Shown here in pieces: positions 28,331 through 37,225 of a stretch of 56,283 nucleotides of DNA. The notes beneath the pieces were generated by a model. The model was not told the origin of the DNA. It saw only the letters and a list, made by a program, of their open reading frames with translations, and did no database searches. The position numbers and the translations under genes were made by a program. How positions within the stretch are numbered: position 1 is the first letter of the stretch; each line of letters opens with the position of its first letter. Location of the stretch: positions 1 to 56,283 of the IMG/VR virus record IMGVR_UViG_3300030380_002510; one strand, 5' to 3'. The stretch is from a virus (Duplodnaviria > Caudoviricetes).

Positions 28331-28801
28331 ATGGCAATAGAAACAAAAACACAAAAAGGATTGACAATATCTTTTGATGATGGAGATTTTAGTACCGGAA
28401 CTGTATCAGTTCTACTAGACCTTGACTTGAGAACAGGAACACCTGTAGATGAAACAGGTTGGTTAGATGGAAACGCAGGTGGCGCATATCCGGGTACACT
28501 AGCAGGTTTTAACGCCGCTAATAGTGACGGAAATGCAGTTGGAAGTATGCGATTGGTGACAATTGCTTTTACTCTAGCAGATGCGGCTGAACAAGTATTA
28601 GTTCTAACCGCAGGTGCATCAAAAATGATTGGAATTATCGGTACTACTTTTGCAGTAGCAGACAAAGTACTTTCTGCATCTTTCACTAACACAGGTCTAG
28701 CGGGTTCTGCCGCTAAGACAGGTGGAACTGACCCTGCAATTGTTCTTCACAGTGAAACTGCCGGTGGAGCAGGTACAGTCACAGTAGTTCTATTGAACTG
28801 A
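28331..28801 (+). CDS. Putative minor capsid/decoration protein
   Basis: G/A/T-rich beta-type protein right after the MCP, with a similar SD (AAGGAGATGA). Confidence 0.55.
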   Translation: MAIETKTQKGLTISFDDGDFSTGTVSVLLDLDLRTGTPVDETGWLDGNAGGAYPGTLAGFNAANSDGNAVGSMRLVTIAFTLADAAEQVLVLTAGASKMIGIIGTTFAVADKVLSASFTNTGLAGSAAKTGGTDPAIVLHSETAGGAGTVTVVLLN

Positions 28802-28810
28802 GGTGGCTAA

Positions 28811-29185
28811 ATGCCTACCGTAACCTACATAGGGGTTTACTATGAATCCCGAAGAAAAGACAGTTGTGAATCTTGGGTTAGAGGTAAACCTGTAGAAGTT
28901 TCTCAAGAATGGCTTGAGGCAAACAGGAAAGCCCTAAGAAGAGATTTCAAGATTGAAGGTGATGAACCTGCTACTGTGGATTTAAGAGATGATGGTATAC
29001 CCGATGAGGGTTGGAATCGTAAAGATATTCTAAAGTGGCTTAAAGGTAATGGAGTCAAAACAGGCGCAGGTTATCTAACCAAAACGGCGGCTTTAGTATT
29101 AGTAGAATCTTATCTAAATCCACCTGTAGTTGAGGAAGTTTTAAGTGAAGCAGAAGATACCACAGAAACAGGAAGTGATGAATAA
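28811..29185 (+). CDS. Hypothetical protein with HeH/SAP-like helical motif
   Basis: WNRKDILKWLKGNGV...TKTAALVLV, acidic tail. Confidence 0.6.
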   Translation: MPTVTYIGVYYESRRKDSCESWVRGKPVEVSQEWLEANRKALRRDFKIEGDEPATVDLRDDGIPDEGWNRKDILKWLKGNGVKTGAGYLTKTAALVLVESYLNPPVVEEVLSEAEDTTETGSDE

Positions 29186-29466
29186 TGGCATTTGAAAGTA
29201 CAATAGACACAAGACCGCATTATATTGGCGACCTTTTTATGGTGACAGGTACATTTACTAATCCCGGTAGCGAAACAGGCGGAAGTATTGACCTCTCTAC
29301 TTTGCTCGCAACTATAGTAGGAGCAGGTGCAAATGCTGATAATGCAACTGACGGTACAGGAGCAGGTGTTGATGGAGTATTCGCACTTATCAATGGTAAT
29401 ACCTTAGTTATACAATGTGTAGCAGGGCAAGATGGTACATGGTTTGCATTTGGTCGCCGTTCTTGA
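29185..29466 (+). CDS. Small beta-rich virion protein, paralog 1
   Basis: IDTRPHYIGDLFMVTG...WFAFGRRS. Confidence 0.7.
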   Translation: MAFESTIDTRPHYIGDLFMVTGTFTNPGSETGGSIDLSTLLATIVGAGANADNATDGTGAGVDGVFALINGNTLVIQCVAGQDGTWFAFGRRS

Positions 29467-29478
29467 GGCGGTGATTAA

Positions 29479-30111
29479 ATGGCTAGATTAACACACCCAC
29501 AAGTATTAGAAACAGTACCAATAGGTAATTTAGTATATGTCGTTGTAGATGTACCGGCAGATTCTTTTACAATATCTCAAGGTGAAATTGGATTAAATGC
29601 ACTTCTTAGTGAACTAGGTATTGTAGAACTATTCGGTGTAAGTATGATATTGAATAGTGTTGGTGCGAATGGTTTCGGAAAAAATGATTTTAATAATGGA
29701 AGTGATGCGGGAAAAGTTATGTCTTTTAGACCTCTTATAACTTCTACTCTAGGAAATTATCCTTTAAGTCCACATCAAAATAGTAAATTCATAGTAGGAA
29801 ATATTACAAATAATGATGGTAGAGTTTTAATTACTTCCGGCTCGGAAAATATACTACCCACCGGAGGGCAGTTTGTTTCAAGTACAGAATATAACGGTAC
29901 AGGTGAAGCGGTATTAATGCGACAGTTTAGTGTATTTCAGCAAAGAGCCTTTTTTGCATCAAACGCAACTCAAACTAAAAATGCCGTAGTATTCCAAATA
30001 GGAGATAGAATAGACCAAACAAACATATTAAAAATACAATCAAACGCATTAACCCCCATTACTTTAGACGGTGTTAGTGGGATTTTAACCTTAATAGGGA
30101 GGCGTGGATAA
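29479..30111 (+). CDS. Beta-rich virion protein, paralog 2 (large insert)
   Basis: VPIGNLVYVVVD...LTLIGRRG. Confidence 0.7.
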   Translation: MARLTHPQVLETVPIGNLVYVVVDVPADSFTISQGEIGLNALLSELGIVELFGVSMILNSVGANGFGKNDFNNGSDAGKVMSFRPLITSTLGNYPLSPHQNSKFIVGNITNNDGRVLITSGSENILPTGGQFVSSTEYNGTGEAVLMRQFSVFQQRAFFASNATQTKNAVVFQIGDRIDQTNILKIQSNALTPITLDGVSGILTLIGRRG

Positions 30112-30434
30112 TGGCAGTAGTAATAGACAGTAGAATGACTACTATTGGTAATTTAGTTTTCCTTAAAGGTACAATGGCGGGTAATGACATATTTGATTTT
30201 AAAGACCATGTTAAAAAGATATTTTCATTCAATATTTCACCAAATAATTTTGACCCTTCAAGCCCACCAACCGGCACATTAGGTATGTGGGATTATGAAA
30301 ATGAGCAAAGAGTAAATCTAAATATTTTAGATACACCACAAGCATTTGTAAATGGTACAACAATAAATATTAGAGGTGGTTTTACAAGTACATATAGTGA
30401 TTCTGTAAGTTTTTTATTAATAGGGAGGCGATAG
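30111..30434 (+). CDS. Beta-rich virion protein, paralog 3
   Basis: IDSRMTTIGNLVFLKG...FLLIGRR. Confidence 0.7.
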   Translation: MAVVIDSRMTTIGNLVFLKGTMAGNDIFDFKDHVKKIFSFNISPNNFDPSSPPTGTLGMWDYENEQRVNLNILDTPQAFVNGTTINIRGGFTSTYSDSVSFLLIGRR

Positions 30435-30435
30435 T

Positions 30436-30795
30436 ATGCCTATAACTTTTAATAGACCCGAAGTTACATCTAATTTAATTTTTATGACAGGTAAATATGA
30501 TGTACAAGATGGAGAAAATTTAGACATAGATGTATCACCTTACATGAATGTAATAGATAGTGTAATGACAATACCCACAAGCGTTAACACTCTATCACAA
30601 TTTGTACCTGCTAATCAAGCGGGAAATGCCCCACATGCTATTAGTAGTATATCTTCACCTTCACAATTTGTTATAAACGGTACAACTGTATCAATATATC
30701 ATGATAGTATTAATCAAGATAATATGAGTACTCTAGCACTTGTTAAAAATAGCGGTGCTAGAAGTGGTAATTTCTGTATAATAGGTAGGAAGTGA
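30436..30795 (+). CDS. Beta-rich virion protein, paralog 4
   Basis: FNRPEVTSNLIFMTG...FCIIGRK. Confidence 0.7.
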   Translation: MPITFNRPEVTSNLIFMTGKYDVQDGENLDIDVSPYMNVIDSVMTIPTSVNTLSQFVPANQAGNAPHAISSISSPSQFVINGTTVSIYHDSINQDNMSTLALVKNSGARSGNFCIIGRK

Positions 30796-30799
30796 TTTA

Positions 30800-31003
30800 A
30801 TGGCGAGTTTATCAAAAGTAGCATCAAAAGTAGTAGGACCACTATCACCAAAAGAATTTAGCGATGCGTCAGCATTAGAAACTACAATTAATACCGGTAT
30901 ACAAGCAGTTAGTGATGCAAGTGCTACTAACGCTATACTTGGTGCAGAAATAATTACAGTACTAGGAAATAATTTCTTAGTTATACTTTATCAATTAGCA
31001 TGA
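30800..31003 (+). CDS. Small hypothetical virion protein
   Basis: 67 aa, tightly packed with neighbours, SD-like AGTGA. Confidence 0.65.
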   Translation: MASLSKVASKVVGPLSPKEFSDASALETTINTGIQAVSDASATNAILGAEIITVLGNNFLVILYQLA

Positions 31004-31006
31004 GGG

Positions 31007-31306
31007 GTGATGATGGGTTTTGATTTGCGCTCTTTGGATTTGTCGGATTTAGTTCGTGCAAATAAACAAGGCGTAAAACTAGATACTGATTCAGCAGTTG
31101 TAGCAGATGAAGAACACCCGTTGAAGGGTATCACTACTCAACAAAGAAACAGGAATAAAGATATAGGAGATATTCTTAACATTGGTTCGGGTACAAGGTG
31201 TACTCACTGTGGTTTTCTACATTTTATGTGGAGGGCCACATGTGCTACTTGTGATAAACCAATGGAATATAACTTAGGACATAGAGATGAAGAAAACAGG
31301 TTGTGA
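31007..31306 (+). CDS. Zinc-ribbon protein
   Basis: RCTHCGFLHFMWRATCATCDKP (C-x2-C-x10-C-x2-C spacing, RanBP2-like). Confidence 0.75.
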   Translation: MMMGFDLRSLDLSDLVRANKQGVKLDTDSAVVADEEHPLKGITTQQRNRNKDIGDILNIGSGTRCTHCGFLHFMWRATCATCDKPMEYNLGHRDEENRL

Positions 31307-31310
31307 TACT

Positions 31311-31757
31311 ATGAGTAAAATTTTAATTAAAATGCCAATGAAACCACATAGACAAAAAGTACTTACAGAAGCCGGAGAAGAAAAGCGTTTACAACAACTT
31401 GCTAATCAAATGGCGGCAAGAGAACTTAGAGGCGCAGGTGGAGATGCACAAGGTGACCAATTTACTACTGCTCGTGACGCTTTAATGCGAGATATGGTAG
31501 CCAACCCCGAAGCACATAATATCAAATTCATGGGTGAAAGAGTACCCTTTGAAGGGCAAACTTTGGAAGAGTCGTTAAGTGAACCCGATGTAGCAGGTGA
31601 GCGAGCCGCTATTGATAGTGAGTTTGCAGATGAAGAAGAACCTAAGAAAGAAGAAGAGTTCAATCCCGATAGAGAGGCTGAACATATGCGTCGTATCATG
31701 ACTTCTCGTAATGTAATTATGAGAGATGCTTGGAGTGTATTGAAACAATCTTGGTGA
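31311..31757 (+). CDS. Acidic hypothetical protein, candidate head cargo
   Basis: Start moved to ATG 31311 (after GTGA), giving MSKILIKM, like MSKILVKQ of the gene at 816. Ends MRDAWSVLKQSW. Confidence 0.7.
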   Translation: MSKILIKMPMKPHRQKVLTEAGEEKRLQQLANQMAARELRGAGGDAQGDQFTTARDALMRDMVANPEAHNIKFMGERVPFEGQTLEESLSEPDVAGERAAIDSEFADEEEPKKEEEFNPDREAEHMRRIMTSRNVIMRDAWSVLKQSW

Positions 31758-31770
31758 GGGGGGTCTATGA

Positions 31771-33378
31771 ATGCCAAAAGTATTTTCACCGGGCGAGGTA
31801 GAAACCCGACCTCTTGACCCTACTGCAACGGTGTATACTACGGCTCAAAAAGTAGCAGACCTCTTAGATATTGGACCAAGTGAAGCAGTACTTGTAAGTG
31901 CTGATAGTACAACAAATGCAGTATATATTACAGGTGCAGACTATAGAAATGATGGGTTTGCCGTAGGAGATACTATACTTATTTATTCCGATGCAGACCC
32001 ATTAGGTGTAGAAAAAACAATTACAGGTATATCATCTTCTGCTAGTGGTGTAGCATTAGAATTTTCAACATCTGTCCTTCAATCACATGCTAATTATCAA
32101 GTTGCTGATAATACTTATGTACAGAATCAAGCATCTTTTACTAATGGTAGAAATAGAGGATTAACTAAAGACAAAGTGGATAAAGTAATCTTAAAAATGC
32201 AAGATAAAATAGATAACATTACTCATAATGCTTGGCGACCATATCTTGTAGTAGCAGAATATATTAATTTTGATACTTACAAACCATACCGTAGAAGATA
32301 TTATACAGATTATGTAGGAACTGCACCATTACTTTTCCGTAATGTACAACAAATATTACGGCTTGAATTATGGCAAGGTGATGATTATAGGGAGATAGGT
32401 GGAGCAGAAGCAAGAATAAAATTACCCGATAATGTTAGAGCATTACAAAATAAAAATATCGTAGTATCTCCGGGTAATGGTAGTGCGGCAAAATTACAAG
32501 CAATACAACTTGAAAGTTCTACTACTTGGAATGTAGCATTTGATAAAATTACATCTGCTCAAAGTCTTGCTAATTTAATTAATAAAGATGCTAGAACAAA
32601 TAGAGGTGGAGTACAATTTCATCCCGGTTTTACCGTACCGGGTTCTTCAAGTTTGTTTGATTATGTAAATATAAATGAAGAATTTTTAGCAAGTGCTAAT
32701 GCTGATTACGGTACAGGTACAGTGAAAATAACAAGTATGAGGCCGACTAAAGCGGGAGAAACTTGTACTATTGCTACTGACTCAAGTGATATTGAAATAG
32801 ACCAAACTCAAACTCGCACTGCTACTGTTAGTGGACAAACAGGGGCTTTTGGAGTTGGTGGTAATGGTGTAATAACCGTAGATAGTACCGCCGGTTTTGT
32901 TGAAGCGGGAGTTATAGAGTATAGTGGACATATCGTAGCCTATACAGGTAAAACAAGTACAACTTTTACAGGTTGTTATAATGTCACACCCGGAGGTAGC
33001 CCCCCTGCTAGTGGTACTGCTACTCAAAATATACTTCAAATTGATTTACAGGGTGGAAGTAGTAGTGGCGACCAAGCAAGACTTCGTGATTGGTGGTTTG
33101 ACTCGGAAATGGGTATAATTTACTTTAACAATTCTTACCCCTTCTTTGAATGGAATGCAATAAAAGTTGCGTACATTTATGGTGAAAGATATTTAGAAAA
33201 AGCAATAGAAGATGTATGTACAAAGATGGTTGCTATTGAATTATTAATGGCTGATGACCGTTCTATACTGATACCCGAAGGTACGCAAAATATAGATTTA
33301 GCAAGTAAAGTACAATTGTATCAAGCAGATGTAGACCGTACATTACCTCGTTATGTAGAGATGGTGTTGTTTGAATGA
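31771..33378 (+). CDS. Head-tail adaptor/neck protein with inserted beta domains
   Basis: N-terminal YTTAQKVADLL and C-terminal IKVAYIYG...AIEDVCTKMVAIELL frame a gp6/gp15-like adaptor. G/S/T-rich inserts (ITVDSTAGF). Confidence 0.7.
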   Translation: MPKVFSPGEVETRPLDPTATVYTTAQKVADLLDIGPSEAVLVSADSTTNAVYITGADYRNDGFAVGDTILIYSDADPLGVEKTITGISSSASGVALEFSTSVLQSHANYQVADNTYVQNQASFTNGRNRGLTKDKVDKVILKMQDKIDNITHNAWRPYLVVAEYINFDTYKPYRRRYYTDYVGTAPLLFRNVQQILRLELWQGDDYREIGGAEARIKLPDNVRALQNKNIVVSPGNGSAAKLQAIQLESSTTWNVAFDKITSAQSLANLINKDARTNRGGVQFHPGFTVPGSSSLFDYVNINEEFLASANADYGTGTVKITSMRPTKAGETCTIATDSSDIEIDQTQTRTATVSGQTGAFGVGGNGVITVDSTAGFVEAGVIEYSGHIVAYTGKTSTTFTGCYNVTPGGSPPASGTATQNILQIDLQGGSSSGDQARLRDWWFDSEMGIIYFNNSYPFFEWNAIKVAYIYGERYLEKAIEDVCTKMVAIELLMADDRSILIPEGTQNIDLASKVQLYQADVDRTLPRYVEMVLFE

Positions 33379-33740
33379 AGGGTGATAGAGAGTTCAATAA
33401 GATGGGTGAAACTACTCACGCCGGAGTTATTGAAATGTTTGAAAAAGATAATCAATTTCAAGCCCAACACAAAGAGTATTTTTCTAAATTTCCTATGACA
33501 TTGAGAGCGAGATATAAACAAATAGAAGCGGGAGCATTAGGTTTGAAAGAAGAAGACGATGGTAGTTATACCGACTTTAACAATCAAACACCTGCTACAG
33601 AAAAACAACTGTCAAAGTTAGATGAGCAAACTAATGAAGCCATGCTACGCAATAATCCCGATATAGATAAAGAAGGTTTTAGATATAGAAACGGGTTTAT
33701 TATTCCTAAGTCTACCAAAGAAATGAGAAAGGAAAGGTGA
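33375..33740 (+). CDS. Hypothetical neck-region protein
   Basis: 121 aa, ATGA overlap with the upstream gene. Confidence 0.65.
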   Translation: MKGDREFNKMGETTHAGVIEMFEKDNQFQAQHKEYFSKFPMTLRARYKQIEAGALGLKEEDDGSYTDFNNQTPATEKQLSKLDEQTNEAMLRNNPDIDKEGFRYRNGFIIPKSTKEMRKER

Positions 33741-33744
33741 TACA

Positions 33745-34194
33745 ATGGTAGCAACATTCACAGAAGGTTTAGATGTAGTCATCAACCTGTTTAAGACTCA
33801 ATGGAATAGAGGTAATACAGGTAGTTTAAGACCTATAGTAATTGATATTGCAGAAGTTCAACCGGAAAGAGGAAAGCGTCTTGACCTACAACGCCATGAT
33901 TATGTTCTTTGTTATGAAACTGCACACAATGAAGAAGCACCGGATTTACTCTATGACTTTGTGACAACACGCATAAATATAACCGTAGACATGCGAACAA
34001 TTAAGGGGAGAAAGCATCTGCAACTACTTGAGAACGAGATTCGTAGGGTAATTCACGACAGTCGTAAAGGAGATGGAACAAATTTTGACAGGCTCGTATT
34101 CAAGACAAGAACCGATTTAAGCGACAGAAGTAAGCAACTTTTCCGAATGACATTCCAAATAGAAGTAGTAATATTAGCAGAACTAATACCGTGA
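33745..34194 (+). CDS. Putative tail terminator/completion protein
   Basis: 149 aa just upstream of the tail tube. Pattern ITVDMRT...LENEIRRVI...RMTFQIEV. Confidence 0.65.
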   Translation: MVATFTEGLDVVINLFKTQWNRGNTGSLRPIVIDIAEVQPERGKRLDLQRHDYVLCYETAHNEEAPDLLYDFVTTRINITVDMRTIKGRKHLQLLENEIRRVIHDSRKGDGTNFDRLVFKTRTDLSDRSKQLFRMTFQIEVVILAELIP

Positions 34195-34203
34195 GATGAT
34201 AAA

Positions 34204-36108
34204 ATGCCAAGTACAGTATACAAAGGAGATATAGCAGAAGTATCTTTTGCACCCGAAACAGGTCTTGTGATTAGAGGCGCAGATGTGACAATGACACTTA
34301 GCCATAGTGATGATATAACTACAATTACTTTTTCTGTTCAAAATAATACTTCTTTGTTTGATGGCGGCTCAAATAAATTACGATACCCAAGAAATATGCT
34401 TGTTGGTTCACAAGTGGTATGGGAAAAAGGAACTACAGGAAATGTAGTGGCTGATGCTGATTTACCTAACTCCGGCACAGGTGGTAAAACATTTACTATT
34501 GTAGAAAATATCGGTACTACAATTAAAATTACTCCGGCTATGACAACAGGTGCGGTGGCTTTACATTCAAGTAATGCTTTACATATTCTTCCTTACAAAA
34601 CACCACCAATTGATGTGTCTTCTTCCGAAGCAATCGGCGGAACACCCGCTACTGAAAGTTGTAAAATAGACCAATTTTTAGGTATTGCTTCTACAATTAC
34701 ACTACCGGAAACTAAAGTAGACTTGAAAAGATTTCATGTAGTTGGATTGGGTAGAGATACTACAATACAAGTACCCGGTAAAATGATTACCGAAGGTGGC
34801 TCTTTTGAAGTAAATATGCACACGGCAAGATGGCTTAAGTATTGTCTTGGTAATGAATTAATTAATGCTCCCGATAATAGTTCTGTGGCTACTACATTAA
34901 GTGCGGCATCTAAAGCCGGAGATTCTAAAATAACTCTAACAAGTAAATCAAGCATTAGTGTAGGAGATTATGTAGATATTAGAGATGATTCTCCCGTTGT
35001 TTCTATTGTTAGCGACCATGAACCCGATGCAGGGGATTGGGATGGTACTTTTACTCAAGCAAAGTTTGATACGGCTAAACCTCATGAGTGTAGGAGAGTT
35101 ATAGGTATAAGTTCAAATGATAATAACATATACTTAGATGAACCGTTAAAATACCCTCATGCTAATGGTACTGATGTAGAAGTGAGAGATTTATCTACAC
35201 CGGGTACAAATCCTGTGACAATCTCAAGTAATACAATTAATAATCCTGTGACACACTTATTATTTTCACGCTCAACTTTACCATCATTTTGCATGGAAGT
35301 ATCTCAAAGAAGAAGGGATTTAGATTCCGATGAATCCGCTACAGATGGTGGAGTAGGAGATACTAAAGAACTAACTCGTGTGTATAGAGGTTGTAAAGTC
35401 ACAGACTTTAGTATGACAGTAGACAATGATGCGGCATTAAGATTATCAGTTAATTTTAATTCAGCACTTTGTTATACAGATACGGGCCGTTTAGAAGGCA
35501 CACCACTTACACGATATGGCGCACACCGTATGTTTGATGATACTGCTAATACCGATGAAAAAAGACTTGAATCGGGTATTGGTGTAGGAACTCAAAAACC
35601 GTTTATGTTTTACAATGGTAGTGTACAACTTGGTGGTGTACAAGTCGCTCAAATATTCACATTTACACTTACAGGTACTACAGGAGTAGTTTCTCATCAC
35701 ACTATCGCAGGTTCATCTCAAGCGGCGGCAAGCACTATTACAGACCAAGTACCGTTTGCCGGTTCTCGTAATGCTAACCTAATGGTAGAGGGTCAAACCA
35801 CTTATGAAATGACTATGGAGATAGCAGTTGATGACCCTATCTTTTTCCATAAGATGCGAACAGGTGCAGAATTTAGCACTAATGTAGATGGTACAGGCGG
35901 AAATAGAGTTCTTATAGAGTTTGAAAAGAACCGTATTGGTAGTACTAGCGCAGGTAATAGTGAAAAGATGTTGCTAATTATTGATGACTTTTACATTACA
36001 GAAGCACCTATACAAATACCGGAAGACAAAGGTATCGTAAAATCTAACTTGAAGATTATGGCTAAAGCAGTAAAGGTTATTGCTCGTGATACTTTGCATA
36101 AATATTGA
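34204..36108 (+). CDS. Major tail (tube) protein with inserted accessory domains
   Basis: VYKGDIAEVSF, EGGSFEV, LPSFCME...RVYRGCKVTDFSM...LRLSVNF, PFMFYNG. Lies upstream of chaperones and TMP. No sheath gene recognised. Confidence 0.75.
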   Translation: MPSTVYKGDIAEVSFAPETGLVIRGADVTMTLSHSDDITTITFSVQNNTSLFDGGSNKLRYPRNMLVGSQVVWEKGTTGNVVADADLPNSGTGGKTFTIVENIGTTIKITPAMTTGAVALHSSNALHILPYKTPPIDVSSSEAIGGTPATESCKIDQFLGIASTITLPETKVDLKRFHVVGLGRDTTIQVPGKMITEGGSFEVNMHTARWLKYCLGNELINAPDNSSVATTLSAASKAGDSKITLTSKSSISVGDYVDIRDDSPVVSIVSDHEPDAGDWDGTFTQAKFDTAKPHECRRVIGISSNDNNIYLDEPLKYPHANGTDVEVRDLSTPGTNPVTISSNTINNPVTHLLFSRSTLPSFCMEVSQRRRDLDSDESATDGGVGDTKELTRVYRGCKVTDFSMTVDNDAALRLSVNFNSALCYTDTGRLEGTPLTRYGAHRMFDDTANTDEKRLESGIGVGTQKPFMFYNGSVQLGGVQVAQIFTFTLTGTTGVVSHHTIAGSSQAAASTITDQVPFAGSRNANLMVEGQTTYEMTMEIAVDDPIFFHKMRTGAEFSTNVDGTGGNRVLIEFEKNRIGSTSAGNSEKMLLIIDDFYITEAPIQIPEDKGIVKSNLKIMAKAVKVIARDTLHKY

Positions 36109-36114
36109 GGTGGT

Positions 36115-36627
36115 ATGATGAAGAAGTCGCTTATCAAATTCCGAAGACTTGGACCAATAGTATATGCCCGTTGGGTATGTGAAACCAATGGAGTAGAGTT
36201 TGATGATAAGATGCTTGAACTTATGACTAGACATGAAATAGAATCTTATGTTCAAGATAAGTTAGACAATCCACCTGTAGAAACTACAGAAGAAAAAATA
36301 AATCCTCTTGTACAAGAAGAGGTAATTACCCCATTCCCTACTGATGTTCAGCAGTATGACTCATTAAAGGTCGCTGAACTAAAGGAACTATGCAAAGAGA
36401 GAAGCCTCCCTGTGTATGGTACTAAAGCAGAACTCGTTTTGAGATTAAGACAAAACGATGAAGGGATAACAACCGAAACAGGCGAAACTGACGGCCTCGC
36501 AGATGCGACCCCCGATGTAGAGCCGGAAGCCCCTACCGTAGAGGTAGCCGCTACCGAAGGAAGTGAATTAGATGAACAAACAGAAGAAGTTAGTGAACAA
36601 CAAGAGCCTATTATTGAAGAAGAATGA
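36115..36627 (+). CDS. SAP-domain protein
   Basis: YDSLKVAELKELCKERSLPVYGTKAELVLRL is a canonical SAP motif. Acidic flanks. Confidence 0.85.
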   Translation: MMKKSLIKFRRLGPIVYARWVCETNGVEFDDKMLELMTRHEIESYVQDKLDNPPVETTEEKINPLVQEEVITPFPTDVQQYDSLKVAELKELCKERSLPVYGTKAELVLRLRQNDEGITTETGETDGLADATPDVEPEAPTVEVAATEGSELDEQTEEVSEQQEPIIEEE

Positions 36628-36949
36628 TATAACTAAACATGAAATTAGCATAGACCCTAATGATGAAAATTTAGTTATGGAAGTATATGTAAGAGATGTA
36701 TCTTTCTTAGATATACAAGCCGCCGCCCAAGAAATGTTTGTAATAACAAACGGCGATGTATCTATGAATTTGAAGGGATATTGGAAGTTTGCTTTTTCTA
36801 ATTGGATTACTAATACAACTCCATCGTTAAGCACAGATGAATTATTATCCCTTAGTGGTTATGTCGGAGAGCAAATCTCTAAAGTCCTACCACAACCTAA
36901 CGAGATTGCGGAGGCACTGCAAGGGGGGTTTACAACACCGGCACAGTGA
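36572..36949 (+). CDS. Tail assembly chaperone (G-like)
   Basis: Position two genes before the TMP. G6T3 run near the 3' end. Confidence 0.65.
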   Translation: MNKQKKLVNNKSLLLKKNDITKHEISIDPNDENLVMEVYVRDVSFLDIQAAAQEMFVITNGDVSMNLKGYWKFAFSNWITNTTPSLSTDELLSLSGYVGEQISKVLPQPNEIAEALQGGFTTPAQ

Positions 36950-37221
36950 ATGTTCAAAAGTTTCTACAGAAAAAAGAATTTGAAACTGTAGAAGATTTTG
37001 AATATCAAGCGGAATATCTCGCTTATGTTGTAGCAAAACACTACAATATTTCACTGTACGAGGTTTACAAAATGCCTTTACCAATATTCAAACAATCACT
37101 AATATGGGCTATGGCGATACAAGAAGAACAGGAAAAAGAAAATAAAAGAGCAGAACAAGAGGCAAAAGCAGGGGATAGAGAAGTGGTATCACTAGATTAT
37201 TCGTTTTTAGATTGGGAGTGA
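36946..37221 (+). CDS. Tail assembly chaperone (T-like; possibly the C-terminal part of a -1 frameshift product)
   Basis: In the -1 frame relative to the upstream gene. YVVAKHYNISLYEVYKMP resembles T-type chaperone segments. Confidence 0.65.
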   Translation: MNVQKFLQKKEFETVEDFEYQAEYLAYVVAKHYNISLYEVYKMPLPIFKQSLIWAMAIQEEQEKENKRAEQEAKAGDREVVSLDYSFLDWE

Positions 37222-37225
37222 AAGT

